A stretch of 64,000 nt of DNA from Methanotrichaceae archaeon (GTDB lineage Archaea; Halobacteriota; Methanosarcinia; Methanotrichales; Methanotrichaceae). The stretch is taken from NCBI GenBank assembly GCA_963813075.1, contig CAWEXU010000013.1, forward strand, positions 145,237 to 209,236. The letters are read 5' to 3'. Under the pieces are notes generated by a model. That model had not been told where the DNA came from. It did not search any database and saw nothing but the letters and a program-made list of their open reading frames with translations. A program made the translations under genes and the position numbers. Below are positions 53,727 to 64,000 of the stretch, piece after piece; within the stretch, counting starts at the first letter, position 1; each line of letters starts with the position of its first letter.

Positions 53727-54843
53727 TTACTCCGTATCCACAAACCGATCTTTCAGGCAATTCATCACATGGGGCAGGGTGGTGTACTCCATCTCCTCCA
53801 TGGGCAGCCGGTGCGGCTCGAAGGGGCCGTGCGCTCTCATGTAGTCGGTGATCTCCAGACACCTCTGCCGGACCCGGTCGAAGGCCACATCATTGAATAG
53901 ATCGACCGGCCCCACGAACTTCCCCTCCGCCATCTGGAATCCGGCGGCTATCACCCGGGGCGGGCCGTCGAACCTGGTGGGGTGGGCGGTATCAAATGAG
54001 CAGGGCATGATGGGACCGTTATGGCTGCCGCGCATCCATCCGCTCACCAGGTGGCCGATGGAAAAGGGCTCCAAGACCTCACCAAGTGCGGGCAGGCCGG
54101 ACTGCGACCTCACTAAGGCCACGGGGTCGTCCTTGCCCACATACTTGCCCGCGGTCTGGTAGAGCTTCTCCGTGCTGATCACCGCCACCGGCTCGCTCTC
54201 TGGAATCTTGCTGCCCGGCTTGCAGTAGACCCTCTTGATCACATAGCGGCTTTTCGCCCCGATCAGCGCCAGCATATCGTACATCTCCTCCGGGCAGTTC
54301 ATGAGGATCTTCTTGTGCTCTCTTATATCCCAGACCTCGAAGGCGAAGCCGTGGTGGAAGGAGGGATCTATTATCAGGCCGGCGGTGTTGAAGGGATCGG
54401 CAAACATCTTGAAGATAGGGAAGATTGAAGGCCCCGGGCTCGGTCTTGTCCATCATAAAAGCAACTATGGGCTCTGCCGTGCGCTCGGTGATCTCCATCT
54501 CCGCCACCCCCGGCCCCATTCCCTTGATGTTGCCGGAGAAGGCGTCCGCCAGCAGGTCCTGGCCGTAGCCATAGAGCTTGAGGCCCCTGGCAACCTCGGT
54601 GGCTGCCTCGAATGTCTCCCAGGCCAGGCCGTGGATGTCGCCGCAGTCGCAGCCCGAAGTGTGGCTCATGAGCAGCTCCAGGTCGTCTCCGCAGGCCATC
54701 ACCCTGTAGTCCACCAGACAGCCGGACTTTTTGGCCTCTTCCAGCTTCTCCTCTGCAGTCTTTATCAATTCTGGATGGACCGAGCAGTGGCCGGGGTAGC
54801 CGCCTACATCCGCTTTTATCAAACTCAATGTGATCTTTGTCAT
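53727..54843 (-). CDS. fbp: Bifunctional fructose-1,6-bisphosphate aldolase/phosphatase (class V); apparent indel near 54418
   Basis: KADVGGYPGH, GDD, YGYGQDLL, DKTEPGAFNLP, YVGKDDP, GWMRGSH, RFDGPP, EMEYTTLP. Confidence 0.95.
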
Positions 54844-54977
54844 ATCAATCCCATCTGACGCTCTTTGAAGAAATCAACTAATATCATTATTATCTCTAAT
54901 AGATACGATATATTATGACTTTTGCGGTCATAAACCTATGGACTAAAAACCTCTCCTGCAGGATTTCCTGAAAAGAG

Positions 54978-55028
54978 AGCGGCTGGGAGTTCTCTAGATC
55001 ATTCCTGATGTTCTCGGACCCAGCCGCT
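54978..55028. terminator. Inverted repeat between class II aldolase and fbp
   Basis: Perfect 10-bp arms AGCGGCTGGG...CCCAGCCGCT. Confidence 0.45.
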
Positions 55029-55094
55029 TATGCCGACTTTGCTCGATAGATGACTCTCAGCCTTTTAGCGTCTGCTGGCATTTCCAGCGGCACG

Positions 55095-56457
55095 TCAATC
55101 AGGCTTGCTGAATTGATCCAGCACTGGCCGGGTGCCGTTGACTTTGAGCTTGTCAAATAAGAAGGCGAATTTCCCTTCCAGCTCGGCGCATATTTCATCG
55201 CGGACTTCATTCGGCAGCTGCCACAGCTCCAGCTTGAACGGTCCAAAGCCCTTCTTGCGGCTCTTGTAGATGAACTGCTCTTCTGTATCCTTCTCCTTCC
55301 ACTCTCCCTTCAATTCCGCCCGCAGGTGATCGTAAATCTTTGCCCGCAGCGGGTCAGGGAAGCTCTTGCTGTCATAGATTATGTTCTGAAAGCCGGTCGC
55401 CAGGTGAATCTCGGCCGTACCGGTAGCAGGAAATCGGTCAAAAGCCTCATCGGGCAGAGTTGATGCCCCGTGCTGAACCGCTCCTGACAGTCCGTATTGA
55501 GTGCGGGCGGTCTCCGATAGCTTCTCCAGCACCTCAAAGTCGATTTTAACCTTAGCCACAGTGCCGTCGGCCAGGGGCACGCCGCCGTGCGTCGTCCCGG
55601 TCTGCACGCTGATCTTGCTGATCCCCTTTAAGGCCGTGCCTCGCTTCTTCAGCTCCTCTAAGTAGCCGTCCATGAAGGTCTGCAATTCCTCGACAGTGCT
55701 GTTCTTGCCGCCAACCTCGCCTATCTCCCCGCCCACGGAAACAGTGATCCCTTCCGGCTCCAGATCTCGAATCAAGGCGGTCAGCTCCGCTGCCAGGGTG
55801 ATAGTTCATTCTCTGCTGATCTTTGATGGTGGGCTTAGAGAGATCAACCAGGGTGGAGGTATCGATGTCGATATTGTAAAAGCCGGCCTGGATGGCTTCC
55901 CGGATCAGATCCTTGACCGCCTGGGTTTCCTTTTCCCCGTCCGCGGCGAACTTTTTGGCGTTAATCTGAAAATGGTCGCCCTGCAAGAAGACCGGGCCGC
56001 GCCAGCCGGATTTGACCGCTGCCGCCAGCACATTGCAGGCGTACTCCCGCGGCCTTTGCCTGGTATAGCCTATCTCCGAGCGGGCGATCTCGAAGATAAC
56101 CGGACCTACATTGCCTTTTATTGCCGCCCGGAATACCGCCTGCGCCACATGGTAGGTGATGCCCCGGATATTGATCGCCGGAACGGTAAACCCGCTGACC
56201 TCTTTTCTGCCCATGGCCTCGTACAGGGATTGGATCGATGCAGGCATGATTCCCAGATTAGCCGCTCCCCGGCGAATAAGAAATGCCGCTGCTTCTTGAA
56301 TAGCCGGGTCGGGGCTGAAGACGGCAGTATAGATCAAATCATCGATTAACTCATCTCGAAAACTGGGTTTCATCCAGGACGCTCGAACATCACCTTCTTC
56401 ACAGGCGAGTATGGATTCGCATCCCCTTTTCAGCTGATCTTCATTCTGGTAAATCAT
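55095..56457 (-). CDS. Class II fructose-bisphosphate aldolase, bacterial-type long variant (apparent indels near 55795 and 56370)
   Basis: VPAIN, FEIARSE, QGDHFQ, GFYNIDIDTS, GEIGEVGG, GTTHGG, VQHGAS, IHLATGFQ. Confidence 0.88.
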
Positions 56458-57406
56458 TGCTGCACCTTTCCCTTTAGGAATTCTTTCGCCATCGTCACTT
56501 CCGCCCTCGAACCGATGTAGATAGGTGAGCGCTGATTAACGGAATTCACTTTGAGAGAAAGTATGTCCTCATTCCCGTCAGTGGCCATGCCTCCGGCCTG
56601 CTCCATGATGAAGGCCATGGGCTGAAGCTCAAAGAGCAACCGCAGCTTTCCCTTGAGGTGATTTCTTCAGGGCCGGATAGGTGAACAGACCTCCCCGTTT
56701 GATGATCACCTGGTTGATATCGGGGACGAATCCGCCGCTGTAGCGCAGTTTATAGCCATCTGCCTCCAGCCTATCGATGTACCTGCGGTGATCGTCCGTC
56801 CAATCTCTGCGCAGGCCGCCAGGGGAAAAGATCGGAGCCTCTCTCATTGAGGCGGATGTTCTCCTCGGAGAGGACATACTCTCCCTCGCGATCCAATACG
56901 AACTCATGCACCCCCTTTCCGGCAGAATAGATCATGGTGATGAGCGGGCCGTAGGTGATATAAAGAGCGGCGACCATTGAATTTTTGCCGCAGTCGAATA
57001 TTGAATTTTTGTGGATGCCGATGATCGTCCCGATGGCCAGATTGGTGTCCACCAGAGAAGAGCCGTCCACCGGATCGGCGGTGACGATATACTGCTCCTG
57101 CCCCTGGCCGATGGTGAGGATATCCTCCTGCTCCTCAGAGGCATACTCGCGGACAAATCCGGAGTTCCGCAGCATATTTTTCAATATGTCGTCGGAGATG
57201 CGGTCCAGCGCCAGCTGGTCCTCGCCATAAACGTTCTTGAAGCCAGCCAGCTTGCGGTTGGATTCGTGAATCTTCGCGGAAATGTACTTGCCCACCACGG
57301 CAATCTGCCAGATGAGCCGACGCAATTCCACCTCGATGCCGTCCATCCACATGTGCCGTCTCAGATCTACGATGAATCGAGTGTGGTCATTTATGCCGTC
57401 AACCAT
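56454..57406 (-). CDS. Class I fructose-1,6-bisphosphatase (apparent indels near 56838 and 56640)
   Basis: NVYGEDQLALD, ASEEQ, DPVDGSS, GTIIGI, YGP, LRYSGGFVPDINQ, GGLFTYP, LFELQPMAFIMEQAGG, QRSPIYIGS. Confidence 0.9.
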
Positions 57407-57632
57407 GGATTCTCCCTGATATTTTTTAGCAGTCTGCAGGTTTGATTTTCGATAATAAAAGTGTTCCCCCTCATTGAAATGTGCTTTCAATCCTCTAATT
57501 GCCGTTTTTGGATATGCCAGGGATATCCATCTGCGGAATCGGCCAATGAGGCTCAATGCCCCTAATGGCGGGCAATTTGCTCGGGGGCAGGAAGGGCCGA
57601 ATGGCTTTGATTGATAACCAGGAGCGGCAGTT

Positions 57633-58418
57633 ATGGAACTTGAAGCAAAATACCAGCGTAGAAACAGACCTCCCCACCAGAAGGCCGCAGCGGCCATTGC
57701 TGCCGGGCAGTCGACCGGCACCTGGACCCGAGGTGCGGGGCCAGGACAATCCCCTTGCCGCCTGGGTGATATCCGCCCGGGGAAGTGAGGTCGAGATCGG
57801 CTTCCCGAGGTGCTCTTCGAGCCGGGAAATGTGCCCAACATTTCAGGTGTGGCAGGAAACCTCTTCGGCCTGGGAGCTTAAAGAAGGTGCGCCTGCAGGA
57901 TTATCGTCATCTTTCCCACGAGCATAACCCATGCGCATAAGGGCCCAAGATTCGGGAAAGAGGACGCGCGCAAGATTTTGGGCGTCTACGACCGGCCCCT
58001 CTCCCCTATCGTCAAGTCCAGGGTGGGCCTGGACCCGGCGGGTACGGCTGCAGTGGCAGAGGCAGCAGGTGCGCGGCGGCCTGGACCTGGTCAAGGATGA
58101 CGAGACAATCAAAGATGTCTTTAGAGTGGGAGGAGAACGACCTGTGCCGCGACTCCCTGCAAGAGGAATGGGCATGCTACAAGCGGGTCTTCCCGTGGCC
58201 TCAGCCGGGGTCCGGCCAGGGTCCACGGAACCTGGATATATGGCATAGACTGCATCGTCCTGGCCGGCGGTGGCGTGCACGGCCATCCCGATAGTACCAC
58301 CGCTGGAGCGCGGGCGATGGTGCAGGCAACGGAGGCCTGGAAGAAGCATATTGCTCTTGAAGAATATGCAAAAGACCACAAAGAGCTGGAAGTTGCCCTT
58401 AAATTTTGAGGATGTTGA
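57633..58418 (+). pseudogene. rbcL: Degraded form III RuBisCO large subunit
   Basis: Fragments in shifting frames: MELEAKY..VETDLP..AAAAIAAGQSTGTWT; GGLDLVKDDET; KM..LQEEW..RVFP/VASAGV; YGIDCIVLAGGGVHGHPDSTTAGARAMVQATEAWKKHIALEEYAKDHKELEVALKF*G. Central region is deleted. Confidence 0.88.
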
Positions 58419-58574
58419 GCTGAGAGGGAATTTCCTCTCCTCTCTACAAAGCAAAACCGAAGAGTTTATATTGGTAGATGAGGATGCAAAAGAGCGTTTA
58501 TCACGAGCCAAAAGTGATGTAGCGCTGTTTGAAAAACAGGAGTGGTGTAGTGAGGGAATATGTAGAGGGATCAG

Positions 58575-58901
58575 ATGGCTAGAGACGATATCTTATCGAA
58601 AATCAAATCGGCAGAGGCTGAAGCCAGAACTGCAGTCCAGCAAGCTCTGGAAGCGAAGGAAAAAAAGATAGCCGATGCCACTACTGAAGCAATGAATCTC
58701 GTCAAATCGGCCGAGATTGAAGCGCAGGACTACTATGACAAGAGCGTTGCCAAAGCAGAGAGCGATGTAAAGGTAAAGAAGCAGTCGATCATCCAGAGCG
58801 GTGATAAGAACGTCACCTCAATGAGCGGCAGCGCCGGCGCCAAGCTGGACAAAGCAGTTGAATATTTGTTAAAGGAGTTTACGGGGTCGTTACATGCTTA
58901 G
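58575..58901 (+). CDS. ahaH: A1A0 ATP synthase subunit H
   Basis: ILSKIKSAEAEA helical protein, first in the operon. Confidence 0.85.
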   Translation: MARDDILSKIKSAEAEARTAVQQALEAKEKKIADATTEAMNLVKSAEIEAQDYYDKSVAKAESDVKVKKQSIIQSGDKNVTSMSGSAGAKLDKAVEYLLKEFTGSLHA

Positions 58902-60929
58902 ACCCGTTGAAATGAGTCGTGTAGTCGTAGCCGGGTCAAAGGACGTAATATCTCCAGTAGTAGAAAAGCTGCATGAGTTGCGCTTATTGCACATTGTGAA
59001 TTACAATGGCAACCAGCCTGAGTTTGATTTGGGAAAGCCCATAGGCAAAGCCAGGGAGTACTCTGAGAATCTCATTAAGCTCAGATCTGTCACCAGATAC
59101 CTTGATATCAAGAACAAGGCTCCTGAGAAGACATATCCTGAGTCCCAGGTTCTATCCGAGATGGACAATCTTCTAAACAACGTGGGGGCCGATGTTACCG
59201 CCACCTTCGAGCGAATAACCGAGGTCGAGGCGGAGATCAAGTCCAAACAGGATCAGATCAGGTCTTTAACTCCATTGTCTGTCTTGCCGTTGCCGTTGGA
59301 AGCTTATCATGGTTATGATTCTCTGGCGACATTTGTGGGCACGGCAGCCACGCCTGTAGAAGCAGACGTTGCCCGGGTCTCTCCAGTGAACGAGGTTTTT
59401 ACTGGAACCGCCAAGAACGCATCTTATGCGGCCGTATTTGTCCCTGTAGAAAAGGCCAGCGAGGTATCTGCGGTCCTTTCCGAGCACGGCTTCCAGGAGA
59501 TGTCCGTTCCCAAGCTCGAGGGCAGCGTCGATTCGGCTATTGCTTCACTTAATGGCAGCATAAAATCTCTGGAAGGCGAGCTAGCTCCCCTTCAAAAGAA
59601 GCTTGCCGATATGAAGAAGCAATACGAAGATCTGATGCTGGCGACGGATGAATACCTCTCCATGCAGGTCAACAAGGCAGAATCCCCTCTCAGGTTCGCA
59701 GAGACGGAAAATGCCTTTGTCATCGACGGCTGGGTCCCAAGCGATCAGTACAGCCGGCTTAAGAGCGAGCTGGAGAGCGCTGCTGGAGGAAAACTGGACG
59801 TCCAATTGATCGCCGATAAAGAGGCAGACGACCTGGTTAAAGGCGGCGAAGACGTACCGACCAAGATGGACAATCCAAGCCTTGTCAAGCCATACGAATT
59901 GATCACGAGGCTGTTTGCGATTCCTGAGTACAAGGAGTTCGATCCGTCTCTGTTGATATTCGTCTTCTTCCCGATCATGTTCGGAATGATCCTGGGAGAT
60001 GTCGGCTACGGTGTTATTATCTTTCTGATTCTGGTTATGCTCAAGAAGAGGTTCAGGACAGAAGGATGGCAGCAGCTGATCAACATCGTCATGATTGCGA
60101 GCGTATGGGCAATCATATTTGGCATAATTTACGGCGAGATCTTTGGTCCTCTCGGCCTGTGGAACTATATGATGGGAATGCTAACCCACCACGAAATGGT
60201 CGAATTGCAAAATGCCGGCCTGTTCTTTGGCGAGGGCGTATACGGGTCTCTTGGACGGACTCGGCCCATTGGGAGTCTTCCCGATTGTATCGATTGGCCA
60301 CAAATGCGGTTCTGCTTTTAATAGGCGTCAGTTTGTTCATCGGCGTTATTCATTGTTCTGTTGGTTCCATCCTGGGAATCAAGACGGAACTCAACTATGG
60401 TGAGAAGAGGCATGCCTATTTCGAGCGGCTTCCTGTGATGCTTTTCCAGGTATTCTTCGCTATCGCGTTGCTTGGATTGGTCATGGGACAGATGATCATG
60501 GTGTACATCGGTGCCGCAGTGATCGTTGCATCCGTAGTGATGATGGTCATGGGCCCAGAAGGCGCAATGGGACTGGCTCACACCCCGTCTTATGTCAGCA
60601 ACCTTATCTCCTACCTCAGGCTTCTGGCCATCGGCCTGGCCTCGGTCGGATTGGCATATGCGGCAAATCAGCTGGCATTCTACGTCATAATGCCCATGCT
60701 GAGTGGTGGAGCGACAAATAGTGCCGATTTCTCCATGCTTGCGATAGTCGCAGGCGTAGTGATATTGGTAGCAGTGCACTTCATCAACATCCTGCTGGGA
60801 ATCCTCTCCCCATTCATGCATCCTCTCAGGTTGCATTACGTGGAGATGTTTACCAAGTTCTACAGCGCACATGGCGGTGGAGTGGAGTATAGCCCCTTCG
60901 GACATGTCCGGAGGTTCTTGAAGGCATGA
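58894..60929 (+). CDS. ahaI: A1A0 ATP synthase subunit I (apparent indels near 60260-60285)
   Basis: MLRPVEMSRV, PEYKEFDPS, FGMILGDVGYG, SYLRLLAIG, LRLHYVEMFTKFY. Confidence 0.93.
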
Positions 60930-60996
60930 AAATTAACTTTCAAATCAGAAAATTGAACACAGACGGTAATATTCATAAAATGGAGGATTGAGGAAA

Positions 60997-61263
60997 ATGG
61001 TAGTTGTAGCAGATGCGGGAATACTGTATGGATTGTTGGCTGTCGGCGCTGGCCTTGCAACTGGATTAGCAGGCATCGGAGCCGGTGTTGGTGAACAGGG
61101 TATCGGAGCCGCTGTGGTGGGCGTTGTGGCTGAGGAGCCTGGATTCCTGGGTAAGGGTCTCTTCCTCATGCTTCTGCCCGAGACACTGATCATCTTCGGT
61201 CTCGCTGTATCGTTGATCCTGATGTTCGCCTGGACGCCCTTCTCTGCAATAGTGACACCCTGA
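60997..61263 (+). CDS. ahaK: A1A0 ATP synthase subunit K (proteolipid c)
   Basis: GAGLATGLAGIGAGVGEQGIG..LPETLIIFGL. Confidence 0.95.
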   Translation: MVVVADAGILYGLLAVGAGLATGLAGIGAGVGEQGIGAAVVGVVAEEPGFLGKGLFLMLLPETLIIFGLAVSLILMFAWTPFSAIVTP

Positions 61264-61291
61264 GCTGGCCATTTCCAAAGGGTGAGAGGCA

Positions 61292-61840
61292 ATGGCACTA
61301 GATGCAGTGGTTGAGTCAGTCCTGGCAACCAGTAGGGACAAGGTCGCTCAGATAGTGAGCGAAGCGGACCTTGAGGTTGCAAGGATACTCAATGAAGCTA
61401 GGGAACGTGCCGCTGAAATCAAATCCAGAAAGGAAGTAGAGGTCGGACACGCCATAGAGGCTACCGAGCGCAGAGAGATCTCCAGCGCCAATCTCGAAGT
61501 CAAGAGATCGGAGCTTAATGTTCACAAGGATCTCCTGGAGAAAGCAAGGTCAAAGCTCCTTGAGAAGATCGCAAGTCTTCCCAAGAAGGATAATGAGGCC
61601 ATGCTTAAAAAGATGCTCGAGTCCTACGACCTCAAGGATATGAAGGTCTACTCCAACAAGCGAGATGAGGCCTTCGTATCCTCTCTCGCCCCAAATTACG
61701 GCGGGAATCTGGATATCATCGGCGGCGTTGTGGTTGAGAGCAGTGATGGAGCTCTACGTTACGATTTGTCATATGAAACTCTTGCGCGTGAGGTCTTTAA
61801 TAACCACATGAAAGAGGTTTCCGGGATATTATTCGGGTGA
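61292..61840 (+). CDS. ahaE: A1A0 ATP synthase subunit E
   Basis: Operon position, [17 protein letters not shown]. Confidence 0.92.
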   Translation: MALDAVVESVLATSRDKVAQIVSEADLEVARILNEARERAAEIKSRKEVEVGHAIEATERREISSANLEVKRSELNVHKDLLEKARSKLLEKIASLPKKDNEAMLKKMLESYDLKDMKVYSNKRDEAFVSSLAPNYGGNLDIIGGVVVESSDGALRYDLSYETLAREVFNNHMKEVSGILFG

Positions 61841-61845
61841 GGACA

Positions 61846-62895
61846 ATGCCTGTACTACGTTTGCCGAAGTTCGGTTTACCGGTGAAGTACGCTTACATCA
61901 CGGGCAGAGTCCGGGCAATGAAGACCAAGCTCATTCCTGCGGAGATGTATCCCCGCATGATGAACATGGAGATGTCAGAGATCGCTCGATACCTGGAAGA
62001 GACCCAGTATAAAGAGGAAATCGACGCGCTCGCCAAGGATTACTCCGGTGTGGATCTCATCGAACACGCCACATTCGACAATATGGCGAAGACCTTCAGG
62101 AAGCTGGCGGAAGTCTCTATAGACGAGCCATCCTTCCTGATACTGGAGTATCTGAGGCGCTGGGATGTCTGGAACATCAAGACGCTTCTGAGAGGAAAGT
62201 TCTCGGGCGCCTCCGACACAGAGATCATGAAATATCTCGTGCCGGCGGGCGAAATATCCCCGGAGCACCTTGAGGAGCTGGCGAAGAAGGATAGCATTCA
62301 AGATATAATCGCCTCCTTTGATGGGACCGACTATTCCAGCGCTCTGGCACAATATGATGGCAAGAATCTAGCATCTCTGGAGAATGCACTGGACAAGCTC
62401 TATTACTTCAGGATGGAACGTGCTGTAGGCGGCACATTATCTGTAGGTGGTGGACTGCTGCTCAAATACGTCCGCAGGGAGATAGACATCAAGAATCTGA
62501 TCACTCTCTTCCGGATGAACAAAGCAGGCATCGATGCAGCCGTAATACAGGAGAACCTTATTCCTGGAGGAAAGCTGCACGATGAGCTGTCCCGCATGGC
62601 AGGTCAGCCTTTCGGCGAGTTTCTGCGTGGCCTGGAGGGATACCCCTTCTGGTCGTCAATATCCGATATCGCAACATCAGATCTTGACGCTGTAAGCAGA
62701 GTCGAAGCCAGGTTGAAGGCTTATCTCATACGGTATGCATGGGCTCTTTCCAATTATCATCCGTTATCCATCCTGCCAGTGCTCGGATACATGGTAAGCA
62801 AAGAGACAGAGGTTTCCAACATCAGAAAGATCGTTAGAGGCAAAGAAGCTGGACTCCCCTCTGAACTCATAGAGGAACAAGTGGTGGTGGCTTAA
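61846..62895 (+). CDS. ahaC: A1A0 ATP synthase subunit C
   Basis: [36 protein letters not shown]. Confidence 0.93.
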   Translation: MPVLRLPKFGLPVKYAYITGRVRAMKTKLIPAEMYPRMMNMEMSEIARYLEETQYKEEIDALAKDYSGVDLIEHATFDNMAKTFRKLAEVSIDEPSFLILEYLRRWDVWNIKTLLRGKFSGASDTEIMKYLVPAGEISPEHLEELAKKDSIQDIIASFDGTDYSSALAQYDGKNLASLENALDKLYYFRMERAVGGTLSVGGGLLLKYVRREIDIKNLITLFRMNKAGIDAAVIQENLIPGGKLHDELSRMAGQPFGEFLRGLEGYPFWSSISDIATSDLDAVSRVEARLKAYLIRYAWALSNYHPLSILPVLGYMVSKETEVSNIRKIVRGKEAGLPSELIEEQVVVA

Positions 62896-62896
62896 A

Positions 62897-63196
62897 ATGG
62901 AGATTGCTTTTGTAGGTGGAAGCGAGAGTGTCCTCGGGTTCAATCTGGCAGGAGTCAAGAAATCTTATGCTGCCAACACAGAAGATGAGATGGTCTCAAA
63001 GATTGGCGATGTCATGGCCGATTCCAATGTAGGAATTCTGGTGTTGAAGCAATCGGATTATAACAAGCTCCCAAAGAGGCTTCAGGAGCAGTTATCCGAG
63101 TCTATCAAGCCTACCATGATTACCATCGGAACCGAGCAGAGCACAGAGATGAGAGAGAAAATTAAAAGGGCAATAGGTGTTGATTTATGGAAGTAG
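62897..63196 (+). CDS. ahaF: A1A0 ATP synthase subunit F
   Basis: [25 protein letters not shown]. Confidence 0.94.
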   Translation: MEIAFVGGSESVLGFNLAGVKKSYAANTEDEMVSKIGDVMADSNVGILVLKQSDYNKLPKRLQEQLSESIKPTMITIGTEQSTEMREKIKRAIGVDLWK

Positions 63197-64000
63197 GGAA
63201 AATAAAGCGAGTTGCCGGACCACTAGTTCAGGCTACGGGTCTGAAGGCTTCCATGTACGACCTGGTGTTGGTCGGTGAGGAAGGCCTGATGAGCGAAGTC
63301 ATCGGCATTTCCGGCAACAAACATATCATTCAAGTATACGAGGATACGGGCGGCGTCAGGCCTGGCGAGCCCGTCAAGGAGACGGGAGCTCCACTCGTAG
63401 CACAGCTGGGTCCAGGCATTCTGACCCAGATTTACGACGGCATTCAAAGGCCGCTACCAAAGCTTGCAGAGGCATCCGGAGATTTCATCAGCCGGGGTCT
63501 GTTCGTGGACGGCATCGACCACAAGAAGAAGTGGGAGTTCAAGTCCGTAGTGAAAAAGGGCGATACTGTCAAGCCCGGCCAGGCCATAGGCGAGGTCCAA
63601 GAGCAGCTTCTCATCAAGCATAAGATCATGGTCCCACCCAACCTGAAGGGCGGTGTGATCAAGGAGATCTATGACGGAAACTTTACCGTCGATGAGACCA
63701 TTGCGGTCTTGGATGACGGAACCAAGCTCTCCATGATGCATAAGTGGCCGGTAAGAATGGCCCGACCGGTGACAGAAAAACTGGCACCAACCATTCCCCT
63801 GAGAACAGGACAGAGGGTTATAGACGGATTCTTCTCCCTGGCCAAAGGCGGAACTGCAGCCATTCCAGGAGGATTCGGCACTGGAAAGACGGTTATGCAG
63901 CAGACTCTGTCCAAGTGGGCAGATGTCGACATTGTGGTCTATGTGGGCTGCGGCGAACGCGGCAATGAGATGGCAGATCTCTTGCACGAGTTCCCAGAGC
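63187..64000 (+). CDS. ahaA: A1A0 ATP synthase subunit A (truncated by window end; not in ORF track)
   Basis: [36 protein letters not shown], Walker [17 protein letters not shown]. Confidence 0.96.
   Translation, partial: MEVGKIKRVAGPLVQATGLKASMYDLVLVGEEGLMSEVIGISGNKHIIQVYEDTGGVRPGEPVKETGAPLVAQLGPGILTQIYDGIQRPLPKLAEASGDFISRGLFVDGIDHKKKWEFKSVVKKGDTVKPGQAIGEVQEQLLIKHKIMVPPNLKGGVIKEIYDGNFTVDETIAVLDDGTKLSMMHKWPVRMARPVTEKLAPTIPLRTGQRVIDGFFSLAKGGTAAIPGGFGTGKTVMQQTLSKWADVDIVVYVGCGERGNEMADLLHEFPE

Noticed and set aside
57407..57841. N-terminal extension of the FBPase ORF and the assorted ORFs at 57495-58671
   Set aside because: Artefacts overlapping the promoter and the form III rbcL relic

Overview
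Archaeal chromosomal window, most consistent with an acetoclastic Methanothrix (Methanosaeta)-like methanogen. The assignment rests on archaeal TpiA, geranylgeranyl reductase and DGGGP synthase, the A1A0 ATPase operon ahaHIKECFA, a bifunctional FBP aldolase/phosphatase and a Methanosarcinales-type beta-propeller surface protein. Many genes, including essential ones (ATPase subunit I, FBP aldolase/phosphatase), carry isolated 1-nt indels. I treat these as long-read assembly errors rather than pseudogenes. Core genes flank an accessory-rich stretch at about 9-34 kb. It contains a ~1,220-aa orphan with toxin/pore-former-like architecture, an NfnB<->FdhA-NfnA redox cluster, hicBA bracketed by a 31-bp direct repeat and followed by a structured element, two caspase-family proteases (one caspase-TM-TPR), a formate/nitrite channel with a structured leader, and a form II/III RuBisCO next to tRNA-Leu. 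At 53.7-58.4 kb, a bacterial-type class I FBPase and class II aldolase sit between the native FBP aldolase/phosphatase and an unannotated, truly decayed form III RuBisCO gene. No CRISPR array, rRNA, transposase or integrase was recognised. All calls come from motif recognition by eye; no database searches were run.
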